Assembly: GCA_000182565.2 (NCBI GenBank)
Contig: KQ257460.1
Reading direction: 5' to 3' (one strand)
Origin: Spizellomyces punctatus DAOM BR117
Taxonomy: Eukaryota
DNA length: 64,000 nt
Shown here: positions 11,298 to 24,456 of the stretch, one piece after another
How positions within the stretch are numbered: position 1 is the first letter of the stretch
Layout of the letters: the number at the start of each line of letters is the position of its first letter
Made by a program: the position numbers and the translations under genes
The notes under the pieces: generated by a model
Database searches by the model: none
What the model saw: only the letters and a program-made list of their open reading frames with translations
What the model was told of the DNA's origin: nothing

Positions 11298-14200
11298 ATG
11301 GATATCATAAAGCACCCAAAGCCCCTCAAAACATACCCACAGTACGCTCATGGAAAATATAATGTAGCATGCTATGTCGTTTAAAATGCTGATGGTATGC
11401 CCTACTGCTTAGATCCCTTGTAGCATCCAAAACGGTTGCGGAGGCCTCCCTCCACGTCCGCACTCCCGCAGAATGGCATCTTTACGGATATCCCTTTGCG
11501 GTAATCTACGGGATATGGGTCTACCTTAACTTTTTCCAACAAGAGGCTATATTTGGTGGACCTGAGGTTGGAAGGTTGGCCTTCATTCTGGTGGCCGCAG
11601 TACATGCATTGGCGTTTCTCGTTTGTCAATGGAGCGTGAAAGCGAATGCAAAGCTGACGTGTCGACAGGTGTGTAATTGCGGAGACATAATAACCATGGT
11701 GGTCGTTTTTTCTACGGTTTTCTTACAAACGCACACAAATGTTGTAGGAGACCGATGCTTACAAGGCGGGCGTTATCATGGTGATTCCCACCACGCATAA
11801 TGGATCCGGCGCCATGTGCAACATCCAAAGAACTGTTGATCCAAAGACCAAGAAGCAGCACTTGTACTTTTTCTTCCAGCAGAAGAAATACGTCTACAAT
11901 GACGAGACTAAGATGTTCGAAAAGCTGGATTATCCCACTCGTCATGGCTATAGCATTGAGGAGTATAGCCGATGGCCGGGTCTGTCCACCGAGGAGGATG
12001 TAAAGGCAGCCAAAGATAAATATGGGCCTAACAAGTAGGTTTGCGATGGTGTGGTCATCACGGTTCTGCTGATTGACACAGTCGTTCCCACTTAGATTTG
12101 ATATACCGATTCCCAAGTTTGGCGAGCTCTTTAAGGAGCACATGATGGCACCCTTTTTTGTCTTCCAACTGTTTTGCGTGGCTTTGTGGTTTTTGGATGA
12201 CATGTGGTATTATTCTCTATTCACCTTGGTCATGCTGTTCGTGTTCGAGTCAACTGTGGTATTCCAGGTGAGTCGGTTTATGAAAGAAGGCGACATCAAA
12301 GCATTCATTAACGCGCATGATACGTAGCGCCTGCGGAACTTGCAAGAGTTCCGTTCCATGTCCATCAAACCGTACGCGATCAATGTATATCGGAGCAAGC
12401 GATGGTCCACAGTTCAAACTGATGAACTCCTCCCTGGAGACATTGTATCCATTGTACGACAAAAGGACGATTCACCAGTGCCTGGCGATATGGTTATAAT
12501 AGATGGTTCTTGCATTGCCAATGAAGCCATGCTATCAGGGGAGTCGACACCACAGCTGAAGGAGCCGATCAGCGGGCGGGAGCCTGAAGATGTATTCGAT
12601 TATAAAGCGGATAAGAACAACATACTGTATGGTGGAACAAAAGTCCTTCAGGTGTCGCCTCCTAAGGATGATCAGCCTCTCCTCCCGCCGGACAATGGTG
12701 CCGTCGCCTACGTTGTCCGCACGGGCTTTGCTACCCAGCAAGGAAAGCTCGTAAGAACTATCGTTTACAGTACGGAACGCATCACGGCGAACAATTTGGA
12801 ATCATTGCTCTTTATTCTCTTCCTGCTGATTTTTGCCCTGATTGCCGCCTGGTACGTTTGGACGGAAGGCACGAAGAACGAAGAGCGAAATCGGTCAAAG
12901 GTGTTGTTAGACTGTATCTTGATTATCACGGCAGTAGTACCTCCAGAACTTCCCATGGAGCTCTCTTTGGCAGTCAATAACTCATTGATTGGCCTTGCAC
13001 GTGCCTACATTTACTGCACCGAGCCCTTCCGGATTCCATTCGCGGGTCGCGTTGATGTGGCCTGCTTCGATAAGACAGGTACCCTGACTGCCGAGAACTT
13101 GATCGTGGAGGGAATAACGGGCCTCAATAGCGACGTAGATCACTTAGCGAAACCCACAAACGTGCCACTTGAAACAACGCGTGTTCTGGCTGGGGCACAT
13201 GCGTTGGTGATGTTGGAGGATGGCATCATTGGTGATCCCATGGAAAAGAATACTCTCGAGTCAATTGAGTGGACTTTAACAAAGGGCGAGGTAGTACATC
13301 CGAAAAAGGATGTGAAACCGACTGGCAAGAGCTCCATGCGAATTCTCAGAAGATATCAGTTTTCCTCGGCTCTTAAACGCATGTCTACGGTGTCAGTGCA
13401 GCAGGATGGCGGAAAGGAGAAATTGTTCGTCGCGGTGAAGGGCGCTCCAGAAACGATTAAGACGATGCTAACAACGGTGCCAAACGGTTATGATGAACAT
13501 TACAAAATTTGGGCTAGGAGGGGCAAGCGCGTCTTGGCATTGGGGTACAAATATTTGGACGAGCATATCAAGACTTCGGAAGTTCGCGATCTGCATCGCG
13601 ATGAGGTGGAAAGCAAGCTCATTTTTGCTGGCTTCCTAGTATTTGGCTGTCCATTGAAGAATGATGCCGTGAAGGCCGTGGGAATGCTGAACAGATCATC
13701 TCACCGGGTGGTGATGATTACAGGAGACAATGCCTTGACTGCTTGTCACGTTGCCAAGGAAGTGGAAATTGTGACGCGACCGGTCCTAATTGCAGACACT
13801 TGGGACGATGGAAAGCTTGCATGGCGTTCCATTGACGAGACGGTGTCCATTGAGCCCCGGTTGGACAAAGCCGAATTTGACAACCGTCTGGAAGAATACG
13901 ACCTCTGCTGCACGGGGCAAGGTTTGGTGCAGATAGCGGGAACGCCGGCGTTTGCGGCACTTTTACCAAGAATTTGGGTTTACGCTCGAGTATCACCAGG
14001 ACAGAAGGAACTTATACTGACGGAATTGAAGCTTGCCGGTTACACAACGCTCATGTGCGGCGACGGCACAAATGACGTAGGGGCGCTGAAGCAGGCACAC
14101 GTTGGTATCGCGTTATTGGATGGAAACGTGGAGGACATTGAAAAACTAAATGCTCGCTTGCGAGCTCGGAGACAGAAGCAAATGCTGGAGCAACAGGCAA

Positions 14201-15316
14201 AGTTGAGGGAAAAATGGGGTCTGCCGCCGTTGCCAGAAGAGCAGCAAAAATTGTTGCAGGGACAGAATGGACAGAAAAATGAGGCAGCTGTGGCCACAAA
14301 AAAAGAGGAAAAGCCGCAGCCTAAAGATGGCAAGAAGCCGAACGTCACAGAGCAATTGGCGGTATGTAATATTTGATATGGCTCTTCCCAATGGATGCTA
14401 ACAACAACCTTTTGCAGGCTGCTATGGAGATGATGGACGACATGGAGGGCGATGTTCCCAAGATTAAGTTTGGTGACGCCTCTGTCGCCGCTCCATTCAC
14501 TTCAAAAATCTCCAGCGTCATGAGTGTTTGCAACATTGTACGACAAGGCCGAGCCACACTTGTCGCCATGGTCCAGATGTACAAAATCCTTGCTCTCAAC
14601 TGTCTCATTTCAGCGTTTTCCATGAGTGTCTTATATCTTGCTGGAATCAAACAAGGGGACTGGCAAGCTACCATCGCTGGTATGATGATCACGGTGTGCT
14701 TTTTTGGAATTGCCAAATCGACAGCCTTGGAAGAGCTTTCGAAGAAGCGACCACAATCGAATGTGTTCAATCACTATGTAATCATCTCCGTCCTGGGGCA
14801 AGCCGCTGTCCACGTTGGGTCGCTCCTGTACATTCAACGGGAAGCCAACTTTTACGCTGAAGATTTAGACGAAGAGATCAAGCTCGATGCCGAGTTTTCA
14901 CCCAATCTCCTCAACAGCGGTGTATACCTCGTTTCATTGATCATGCAAATTTCAACTTTCGCAATCAACTACCAAGGATTGCCCTTCCGGGAAAGCATTA
15001 TCCAGAACAAGGCGTTGTACAATAGTTTGATGGCTGTGGGTGCGATTGCCGTAGCGGCCGCAAGCGAGTTATCAGAGGGATTGAACGAGTGGATGCAGTT
15101 GGTGCCGTTTCCAGATGAGGTTCGAGTTTTCTTAACATTTGGTCGTGCTCTTTGCTGTACCAAGGTTCTGACTATGCAATTTTTTTCTAGTTCCGCTACA
15201 AGCTACTGATAACTATGGCGTTGGACTTTGGTGGAGCGTGGGTAATTGAACAGATTTGCACAAAGTTGTTCTCTGATAACCGGCCCAAAGCGAGCCTCTT
15301 CCCTCGAGGACACTGA
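11298..15316 (+). CDS. SPF1: P5A-type ATPase (ER transmembrane-helix dislocase), multi-exon
   Basis: PFFVFQLFCVALW, NEAMLSGESTP, VVPPELPMEL, CFDKTGTLT phosphorylation site, MITGDN, MCGDGTNDVGALK, FGDASVAAPFTSK. N-terminal exon LVASKTVAEASLHV...HLYGYPF; last exon ends LFPRGH*. Confidence 0.95.
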
Positions 15317-15781
15317 ACTTTAGACCTGCGGATGGTGATGGATGTGGCATGAGGCTGGGATTAGATTCAACAAGTGTACACATTGTCGGATAATAGAGGA
15401 GGCATTGCACGTAATTTTTGGACCCTTCACCGGACAAATTCAGAATTCAACGCCCTAGAATGTAGGGTTTCCCTTAACAATAAATGAGCTTTGATGATTG
15501 AATAATCTATAGAACAGAATGAAGACTACTATTTACAGATGCCCACAGACTCTGATGAGAGATTCCAAAGAATCTTGGAAACAACAAAAATTCCAAGGTT
15601 GGGAATTACATTGTTGGGGTATTGGTTGAGTGTGGGCGATGCTCGCGCGGTGGTGAGTGTGCAGTTGATGAAGATACAGGTTGCAAGGGTTGGGGGAAAG
15701 GATGTTGAGGGGAGCAAAGTAGAGTGTCAACAGCTGTTCCGCTTCCCCGTCAGTCACATAGTCCAAAGGTATTGGGTCATA

Positions 15782-17873
15782 TCACTGATCAACCGATGCA
15801 GAAGGTCCTGCTTGCTGATACGCTCTGATGATGTCAAGATCCATGTCTATTTCCGACTTTTGCAAGCCCTCGCAGAGTCGTGGAGGAACGATCTGTGGAA
15901 AGTATGCAAAAGGCCCATTGTAAGGAACCGCAATCGCTGCGTTGGACGAAAATGCAAGCTCACCACTCGTCCGCCTCGTCGTTTGTTCTCTTGCAGCTTG
16001 CGTTTGATGGGGGAAGGATATTTGGCGGCGTAGGGTGGAATGCCTGTGGTTGAGCGCTTGAGTTGATCTATTTCTATTTGCCGTTTGCGCACGAATGTTT
16101 CTGCGGGTGTTGGTTCTACAAGAGGATATCTATCAATCGACGATCCACGACCTGGTTATACTGTCAGGTGAGAAAACATACCAAAAGCCCAGAGCTCTTG
16201 CTCGTCATTTCTAAGCTTCTCTGCGACCATTTTCCATTTTTTTGCATTTATTGAGTCGATCATCTTTCGTCGCGTATCACCACGTCGATCCTATCAGCTC
16301 CAAGGTAAGAAAAGGCTTTGAAAGTACTAGATGTAAAATAGATGTACGCACGATAAATGTATCATTCGCTTGCTTGACGGCCGCCTCGTATTGTACATGG
16401 GCGTATTCCCTCTGCATGCGTTGCCGGTTCATGTTGACTTTCTCTATGCCTTTATATTTGGCGTCCAACTCCGCATAGCATAGATGTGTACCTAAGGAAA
16501 AGGAACGTTAGCTCACATAAAGGCATCTGATTGGTGTAAATGTGCCATAATAGCGTTAACCATACCTTTTCTAATTTGCTCTTGTTCGAGTTCAATGGCG
16601 TCAAGCTCAAGCTGTATGCGACTACGCGTCCGGTTAAATGAGATCGGGTGCAATGAAACCATGTAAGCAGCAGTCTTTTCCTACCGATCTCTGAGCTTGG
16701 CATAGTCCTGACCAATTCTAACCATTTCTTCCTTTGCGGCTTTTACGAGCAGCTTCTTTTTAACGGTGTCCTCGTCATCGTCTGCCCTGATTTCATCATC
16801 AAACAGCATCACTATGAACGCTGTATATAAGCATCAGGAACACTAGAGGAGCAACTTTCGCATTCCCAGACGCTACCATCGTTTATAGCGTCATCTTCTG
16901 CGCCGGCAGCACGTGGCTGCGGACCGTTAGTCAATGGGGCTTTCGTCTTCAGATTTATCACCGATCCACCATTGGCAAATGGCAATTGCCGGGAAACCGG
17001 TGCGGCTATGCGCTCGGATGACGTGGGAGCTGTTGTGACCTTTGCTCTTCTTCGCGTATTATGCTCGTGAGAAGGTGGTATCTGTGTCTTTCGGGCGGTA
17101 CGACCTTCGCAAGGAGCAAGCAAGCAAATTGGAAAGAGTCCGACAGTGAATGTCAACCCAGTGGTTTACATACCGGCGGTCGCTCTGGTAGAAGCTCTAT
17201 ACGGTGTTGGAAGGGTGGGGGAGCTTGGTAGGAAAGAGTCATCATTAGAAGGCTCCATATCGCTGGTCTGGGCTGCACTTCGTCCGTGATCTACCCAGTG
17301 AAGCAGCAAATGGTTAGTGGTTTCACTCCTTATGCAGCGTCTGTATCCTAAGAGACCTTTCGAACGTTCCACGTCTGGTGGACTCGGATGGCTATTGTTG
17401 ATTTGAGGGATGGTGGTAGTGAGAATCGGCTCGGGCGATGTAGGAACAGAAAATTTCCCGTTAATTGGTTCAATATCTGCCGGTTCGTGCTCTGCGGGCA
17501 GACCAGATTTAGGAGATATGTGAGACTTTGGAGTTTGGGGAGTTGGACTCTCAGACAGGTTGTCTACAGGCTCAGAGACACGTTGGCGTTTGGTTTTTCG
17601 CCTAGTTGTTTTTGATGTGACTCCAATGTTCAGGTTGTCAGACGGAATGGTGCCATTTTGACCATTGGGTAGACCCGCTTCCATTAGCTCTGTTGTGGGT
17701 GGTTGTACATAGTGCAGCTGTGCAGCGTTTGCAACTCGGTGAGCCAAAGCGGTGTCACTAGTATCCTCCACAGGGGCTTTCCGTTTTGTGCCAGCGGTCG
17801 AGTCAGATTGCCCCATACTACGACGGGTTGCTCGAGGAGCGGGATGGAGAGATAAGGTGGCATCTGACGACAT
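15782..17873 (-). CDS. Sds3-like (Dep1/Sds3/BRMS1 family) Rpd3/Sin3 HDAC complex subunit, multi-exon
   Basis: Disordered N-terminus. Spliced coiled-coil core YAKLRDRRIQLELDAIELEQEQIRKGTHLCYAELD...QYEAAVKQANDTF and C-terminal GLQKSEIDMDLDII motif, both typical of Sds3-like proteins. Confidence 0.7.
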
Positions 17874-18581
17874 TGCGCTTCAAAAAGTGTCCTAAAGTGT
17901 TTGCAACAAGTATGCACTAGCAAAGTTGAGCCTTGGAGAGAGGGAAGGAAACCATGACAAGGCCTACACTCGGCGTAACCACACGTCTTTTACCTACAGC
18001 GTATACTAAAGTCCTCAGTTACTTTTCTATCGTTCGCGATGGCCTTGTTGGTTATGGAGAATAAGTCTTGTTACTAGTCATGAACAGCAGATGGACGACA
18101 AGCAGAATTCGTTGAGCTGCTATTGTTCAGGTCGTGTGGCTTGGACAGTCGCGATCCTAAGGACCCCCCCAAATGTCGAAAAAAGTAACAATTCCAAAGT
18201 AAAAACTCACAAGGCAAAAGCACGGATTTCTTTTTTTTTTTCTTGGGTTGCATCTCCAAAAAATAAACAGCAAAGATATACGTAACTGATGTTTTCCTTG
18301 TAGGATTGGCGTCATGAACGAGAAAACCATGTCATTACAGGTATTTAACTGTCTTGCACTGTAAGACGCGCTTTAGCAAACTCAATGGCCTGGATGGACA
18401 TTGTATAGCCATGCCATAGATTAGAAGAGTTTTCCTTCTCGACGTCTGCTTCTTGCTATAGTTGGAAAGCTCTTGCTCCAACGGTTGCCAGAGTGTGTTT
18501 ATTGAATATCATCTATAGATTTGACACTTTTATTAAAGCAAGACTTGCTGTAACAGAAAGCAAGCACCCAGTTGGCCAGGG

Positions 18582-21500
18582 TTACGGTGATCTAGCAGAC
18601 TGCTTCTTGGATCTCAACGTTGTTCCTAACCCCAGAGTCAGAAAAGGTTCAGTCAGAGCGTCACACGCCCGCAAAGGAGACAAACAGCGATGCTTACCTT
18701 TTTCTGTCGTGCCAGACTTTATAAAAGATCCCTCTATATTTCACTAGTCATTAGAGTCTTTTGGTAAAAGCTGAACAGAAAGCTCAACAAACCTGAGTTC
18801 TTGATAATTCTTTCAGCTGTAACTTGTTTCACTAATTGGTACTCTGATTCTTGACGGAATTTGATGGTGGTCGAAAACGAGTTTGATACCAGCGATATGA
18901 CTGACCACTGGTCCTCTACTGCATAGTGGTCTACATACTGGAGCTTGATCGCAATGTTTGGAATGGACTGCCCAAAGATTCCCTAATTGCAGCGGCTAAT
19001 GTTACAATCGGCTGGCAATCATTCCATGAGCATCCAGCCAAATACCTTTGCTCGTTTTGACACCTTGATGAAAAAGGTGGTGCCTGAAGAATTCACGGAA
19101 AATCTAGCGGGTACCCACGTATCGCTGAAGAGCCCTCGGGTGAGGACATGACATAGATAACCAGCATCAGCCTTCTTTTCCTTCTTATTATCATCAACTT
19201 CAGGAACTTTCTCCTTCAGTACTTTGCTCTTCCAGCTCTTTGACCGCTCGTCTGATCCATTGCTCCACGCCGAAGAGCCCGGCGGCTTGGATTCTGCGAC
19301 AGCCGTCGATAATCTCGTGTGGAACAAGAAGAACGTACTTATCCAACCTGACAAGTATATTCCCGCGGACTTGAGATAGAAAGCCAAAACCTCCCCGGTA
19401 TTTGTCAGAAGAACAACCGGCAGTACAACGGCGGCGCACACCACTAGGGCATAGCACGCGATAGTAATCGCTTTGCTCTCTGAGTATAGGTTGGCATTTC
19501 GCGTCTTGTAAGCAAGTCCGCACGCAAAAATAAGCAAGCACAGCTTGTATGTTGTTGCTATGATGGTCATCGGGACATTCGCCGCAGATGTAGAGTCGCA
19601 GGTCCATTCTCGCACAGTACCATGATCGGCAAGACTAGGCTGGAGCGGTGCGACCGCCGTCCAGATAGCATCAATTATCTGGAGATTGGTAAACTGCTTA
19701 ATCCAGAGGCCAAGTAAGCTGAGCGTATGTAACTGACCAGTTCCATGAAGAGGATAGCAAAAGAGATCCTTAGAATCTTATGATCAGGCAATGCCGCTCC
19801 TCTTGTGTTGCCATGGTTTGAAGAATTAAATATCTATCTCAGTCAAGGTTAAGTAAGTCAAGACCAGCTAGAAGAGAAATGGGAAGGTGCGAGAAACTCA
19901 CCCGGAATATACGGTAGTTTTTACTGATCAAATTGCTAAAATCATCGCAGGAGATGTAAGCGCGTGAATGCGTGGACTGCATATACTTCACGACGATCCT
20001 TACCCAATTGCTATAGAAAAAGATAATCCACCAATCCATATCTGAGCCACGCAAGAACTATGGCTGGGACGCCCGACATAGAGGAAGGGAAGAAGATACC
20101 CGAGGAGACAGCCACACAGGATCAATATGCCAAACGATGGTGCGGAAGCTTTAACGACCTGTTGGGTTTTGTAGACGAGTAACGCAGCTATCGTGACAAT
20201 GGTCATGAGGATGGAGATCGCCGCTAACACCAATATCAAAATCACCGGCCCTTCACGAATATCGATATAAACCTTCGCAGAATCCGTCCTATCGATTGCA
20301 GATATTGGCAGGGCCAGATTCGAAAGTGTTAGAGTATATGGCTCCAATGCCACTCCCTCAACAAACGTCCCGGATTTATCGATCACGGAGAATTGGAAGG
20401 TCACGATATCGCCGTGGTTTACCATCGACCTGAAGTAGATTTGTTTATTCGGGAGGAGAAGGGCATCCGCAACTTTTTGGAGGATCATATCTCGTGTTGT
20501 TCCATCAATTATCGACGCTGAGACGTCCCTACGGAAAAGAGAATTCGTTCCCAGCTCAGCAGCTCTCAGATCGACGGAAATTGAGTCCCGCATGCCCGTA
20601 AAGCTGCTACAATCCACTCCGTCTCTGCCAGGATGGCAATGGCAATAGTCCTGCTGGCAGAATCCGTTCGCTTTTGGACAGCCCAAGGTACACGTAATAG
20701 GGACACATGATGGAAACTTAATCCCGGTCCCTATCATCTTATTCTCCATTCCAGCGTCGGTGCAATTTTCAACAAGTACTGGGATACTTGACCGGAAAAC
20801 ATTTGGATCATAATATGCGGTCATCGAGCGCACAGTAATGTTGTACTTTGCGGGCTGTGCATATAACTTGATGGACCCAAGCTTGGCTCTGCCTCCAAGA
20901 GAAGGTTTGGAGAGTGTGCCTACGATTTGCCCCATAGAAGGATCGGATAGCTGAAGTCCAATATAAAGCGGCTCATTCGGGCGGGCGATGAACAACTGAC
21001 CAAATGCTAAAAAATGCGAATGGAACCCAGAAGTTAAGGTCCAAAGTCCATTTGTGACAAACTTGTACATGATAGTGCGTACCATCGCGGCTTGTAATGT
21101 CTATATCGGGGAGCATGGCACCCGAAAGCTGGGAAATATTCATTATTCCGCTGATATCAATCCTTGCAAGTCCAGTGGCAATGTCGTCCCCTGCTAGACA
21201 TGTTGGTCAAATACAATCTCCCCTTATCAATTCGAAAATGCTGTTTACCCTGCCAAATTGCCGAGTTATTGAGGAACGCCGCAGCAGTCAACATGCTTTT
21301 GTCAAGCCCAACTAGACCATTCATTTGATATATAGCACCTCCCCGATACGCGCGGTTGCTTCTAAAGGTCAGATCCTCCATCGAGAACTGGGAGGTTGAT
21401 GGCAGGTTAACTGCAATTGCCCCGCCATCTAGCCCCGCCTCATTCAATTCAAAAGTCGATTTGCGAATGGATAGCATCGTGATAGAGTCCTTCGGGGAAA

Positions 21501-24057
21501 ATCTGATTGCACCACCGCTGTCGGATTGGTAGTTGTTCTGGAACGTGCAATTGTTCACATCAACGTTCCCGTTGGCGTTGATGGCACCGACTGGCCTATT
21601 ATCTCCGAAGACAGTGGATTCCACTATGAGGGAAGCGCCTGCCTCCGCGTACAGGGAGCCCTTATTCCTATAAAAAGTGGAACCATCTTGGACATGAAGT
21701 GTTTGATCCAATGCTATATATACCATCTGACCCGAGCCCGCCGTCACGTCTAAAAGCATAGAGGGACATGAGCTACTTAAATTTACTAGAGTCATTGGAG
21801 GAAAGTGAACTGACCAGAGATATGCACATCGGACAACGTTGATATCTTTGGCGTACCGAAAGGGTCTTCAAAACGAAAGAGTGACCCCGACATGATTGTG
21901 GTAGTGTGAATCTGACAATGGCTCATGGATAGCTCCCCATAAATAGAGAACATTCCGACATATGCCCAGGAATCTGCAGCAGCACACGGCGGTCAACCAA
22001 TGGCACATCCACGAAATAAAAAAAAACTCTACCTTGGAATATGCAATTGTCCATGGTCACGCTCGCTTCAAAGTCGACAGTAAGGAAATTGTCTCTATGT
22101 TCTGTGTGATCTATAACAAGCGTGCAAGTCAATGCCTCTTCCGCAATAACAGATAGCAAAGCAGAAAAATGAACTAACTTTTCACGGTAAAGGTATTGAA
22201 TGACGCAGTCGTTTCTCCGTAAATCGACCAGAACGGATATCCGAGGACGTTTATATTCCCTTAAGACAATGTGCACAATGGTCATCTTAGCCTCCGTAGT
22301 TATGGCAAATACCCTGAGATCTGAAATGGTACCTTCAAACATTCCCTCTTCAACATTTATATGGGCGCCGTTTTCCACCCAATTCCCGCAATGGTTTTCA
22401 GCTGGCGAGGGAAACAAGCCATGAGACTGAGCCGAATAATGCAAAAGTGCCTAGGACACCTACATAGTGTGAACTGCTTCATATCAACAGTGAGCGCAAC
22501 ACCTTGAGCTCTAAAACACGAGAATGCCGTATTATCTGTGAAGATAAGCTACCATTGAGCTTTTCCGAGGGAAGGTGCGAATTACAGGACGCGGAGCTTC
22601 ACCTTCAAAGACGACATTGCTCAACGTATGGACGCTAGGCAGCTGAGTTTCTTCCCGGAACCAAATGACATAGTCCAAAAGACCGGTTTGAGCACCATTT
22701 CCTGTCAAAGCCCGCATCGTCGGTGACTACAGAATAGTCTTCCGTTGAAGTATGAAATAGAGGGAATACCTTTCAGATACAAATTATTCCACGAGCTATT
22801 TGTCGGCCCTCCGGCTTCCTTCATAAATTCTGTTAATCCGCGCCTACACTTCAACGATTTGAGAGCCAACTTACCATGTACAGTCGAATCACAGCAACGT
22901 CCCCTGGGTTTTCGACTTGGTTTCCTACGTACGCCAAATGGGCACTGTTACATCAGAACGCTGCAGGCAAAGGGACCTGTCTGTCTTGTGCAAGCGCACC
23001 TATCACATCAATTTCCGTCCCTGTCACTGTACCCCCCCTTACGATGATCAGCGCGCATGGATAAGTTGAATCTATTCCAGGTTAACGATTCAGCGAGGGA
23101 CGTCATATTTACTCTGTTCCGAATGCAAGCCTGCGTACCAGCGACGGTCAGATTGGTCAACGAAGCCTCCCCAAAATCCAAGGCGTATAAAAAGGTGCCG
23201 TGATTGTTGGTGTACGAAATGTTGTTCATCACCAACGTCGAGGTCCTTAAAGCAAAGAAGATTGGTGCAAAACATTCCTCATTATACGGGAGATCAGGTA
23301 TATATGTGCAATTGGACAGCGAAATGCTGCTGAAGCTCAGCGAGCTCAAGCTGGTTCCTCCGATTGCGAGATACAGATCTTATCCACAGATTAATAGATA
23401 TAGTGATCATAGTTGATGACCTGCCTGTGCCAATAGCCTACCAGTAAATGTAGAATCGGATATTACAATCGTCGAGTTATCGCCCGTAACTGTAACTTGA
23501 CTATTGGAAGTTCCTTCATACGACCCGAGTCAGCTATCTTTACAGGGGCATCACATTACATGAGTGCCTACCAGAAACGGACGAACCGGTGAAAGTGATG
23601 GAACCACCAGCGGATGCAGAGACCGAAAATGCAGCATCCGATTGCACGTCCATGCTAATGCCGTTGAATTCCCACCATGCCGAATTGACCGTAATCTCTG
23701 CTCCCCCGACCACTATGGTGACGGTTTCGGAGAGGTTGGCAGCATTGATGATGCTCCCGGTTGTCAGATGAAAGACACTTGCGGGCGGCAGCTCGTAGAT
23801 GCCGGTTGCGATATCGATATGAAATTGATCAGTACTATTGAGAGCAGTCAAAGTACTCCAAGCAATAGCAAGGTCGGAAAACGTCGTAACATCGTCGCCC
23901 ACTAGGCGTTGATCGACACTTATGACTGTATAAGCATTTGAAACTGCGGAGGGGCCAAGCATTGGTTAGTGTTGACAGACTGTGGTCATGCCTCGCCGCA
24001 CGACATACCTATTGCAAGATACAGAAGCGCCCAAACGCATTTCCATACCGCGGTCAT
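18582..24057 (-). CDS. Class C (7tm_3, GABA-B-like) GPCR with parallel beta-helix (FxxN/GGAI) ectodomain and EGF-like module; many exons
   Basis: Signal peptide MTAVWKCVWALLYLAIVSNA after splicing; FQNN..GGAI, FELN..GGAI, FRSN..GGAI repeats; EGF CTLGCPKANGFCQQDYCHCHPGRDGVDC; 7TM hallmarks VVKASAPSF, CVAQIWIGGLSF, KNYRIFRIF, YKLCLL..LAYKTRN..SESKAI. The 3' exons were assembled by eye. Confidence 0.85.
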
Positions 24058-24456
24058 CGTTTGCACAAGGAGCGATCCTGCAATAGAAGGGATCCAACTG
24101 CCATTCCTTTTATGTAAGGTTTTGATTAAGGATATATTCCACCGATACCTTGGAAAATCCCAGAATTGGATAATCACATCCTGATTATGAATAGGAAAAC
24201 CGATGTCAATTACTAAAAAAAGGTGCAGGGATACACAATTTTCCCGGATATAAAGCTCATCTACGTCTAGTTTGGACCCGTTAGACTGCTGAACACTATC
24301 TTTAATATCTTTTACGATATAGGCTTTTGTGATCTTCAAAAGCGTCGGGCCTAAAATTCTGGCCCTATCGCAATCCGGGCATATCCTGTATGCAAAAGGG
24401 ATCAGTTTGTGCTCATCCACCTTGGGATCGCTTGTAAACAAACGCTACCGATAGCA

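Noticed and set aside
21157-21795. GGAI/FxxN repeats suggesting a horizontally acquired chlamydial Pmp autotransporter
   Set aside because: They are embedded in an intron-rich gene ending in a 7TM domain, with no beta-barrel; this repeat type is widespread.
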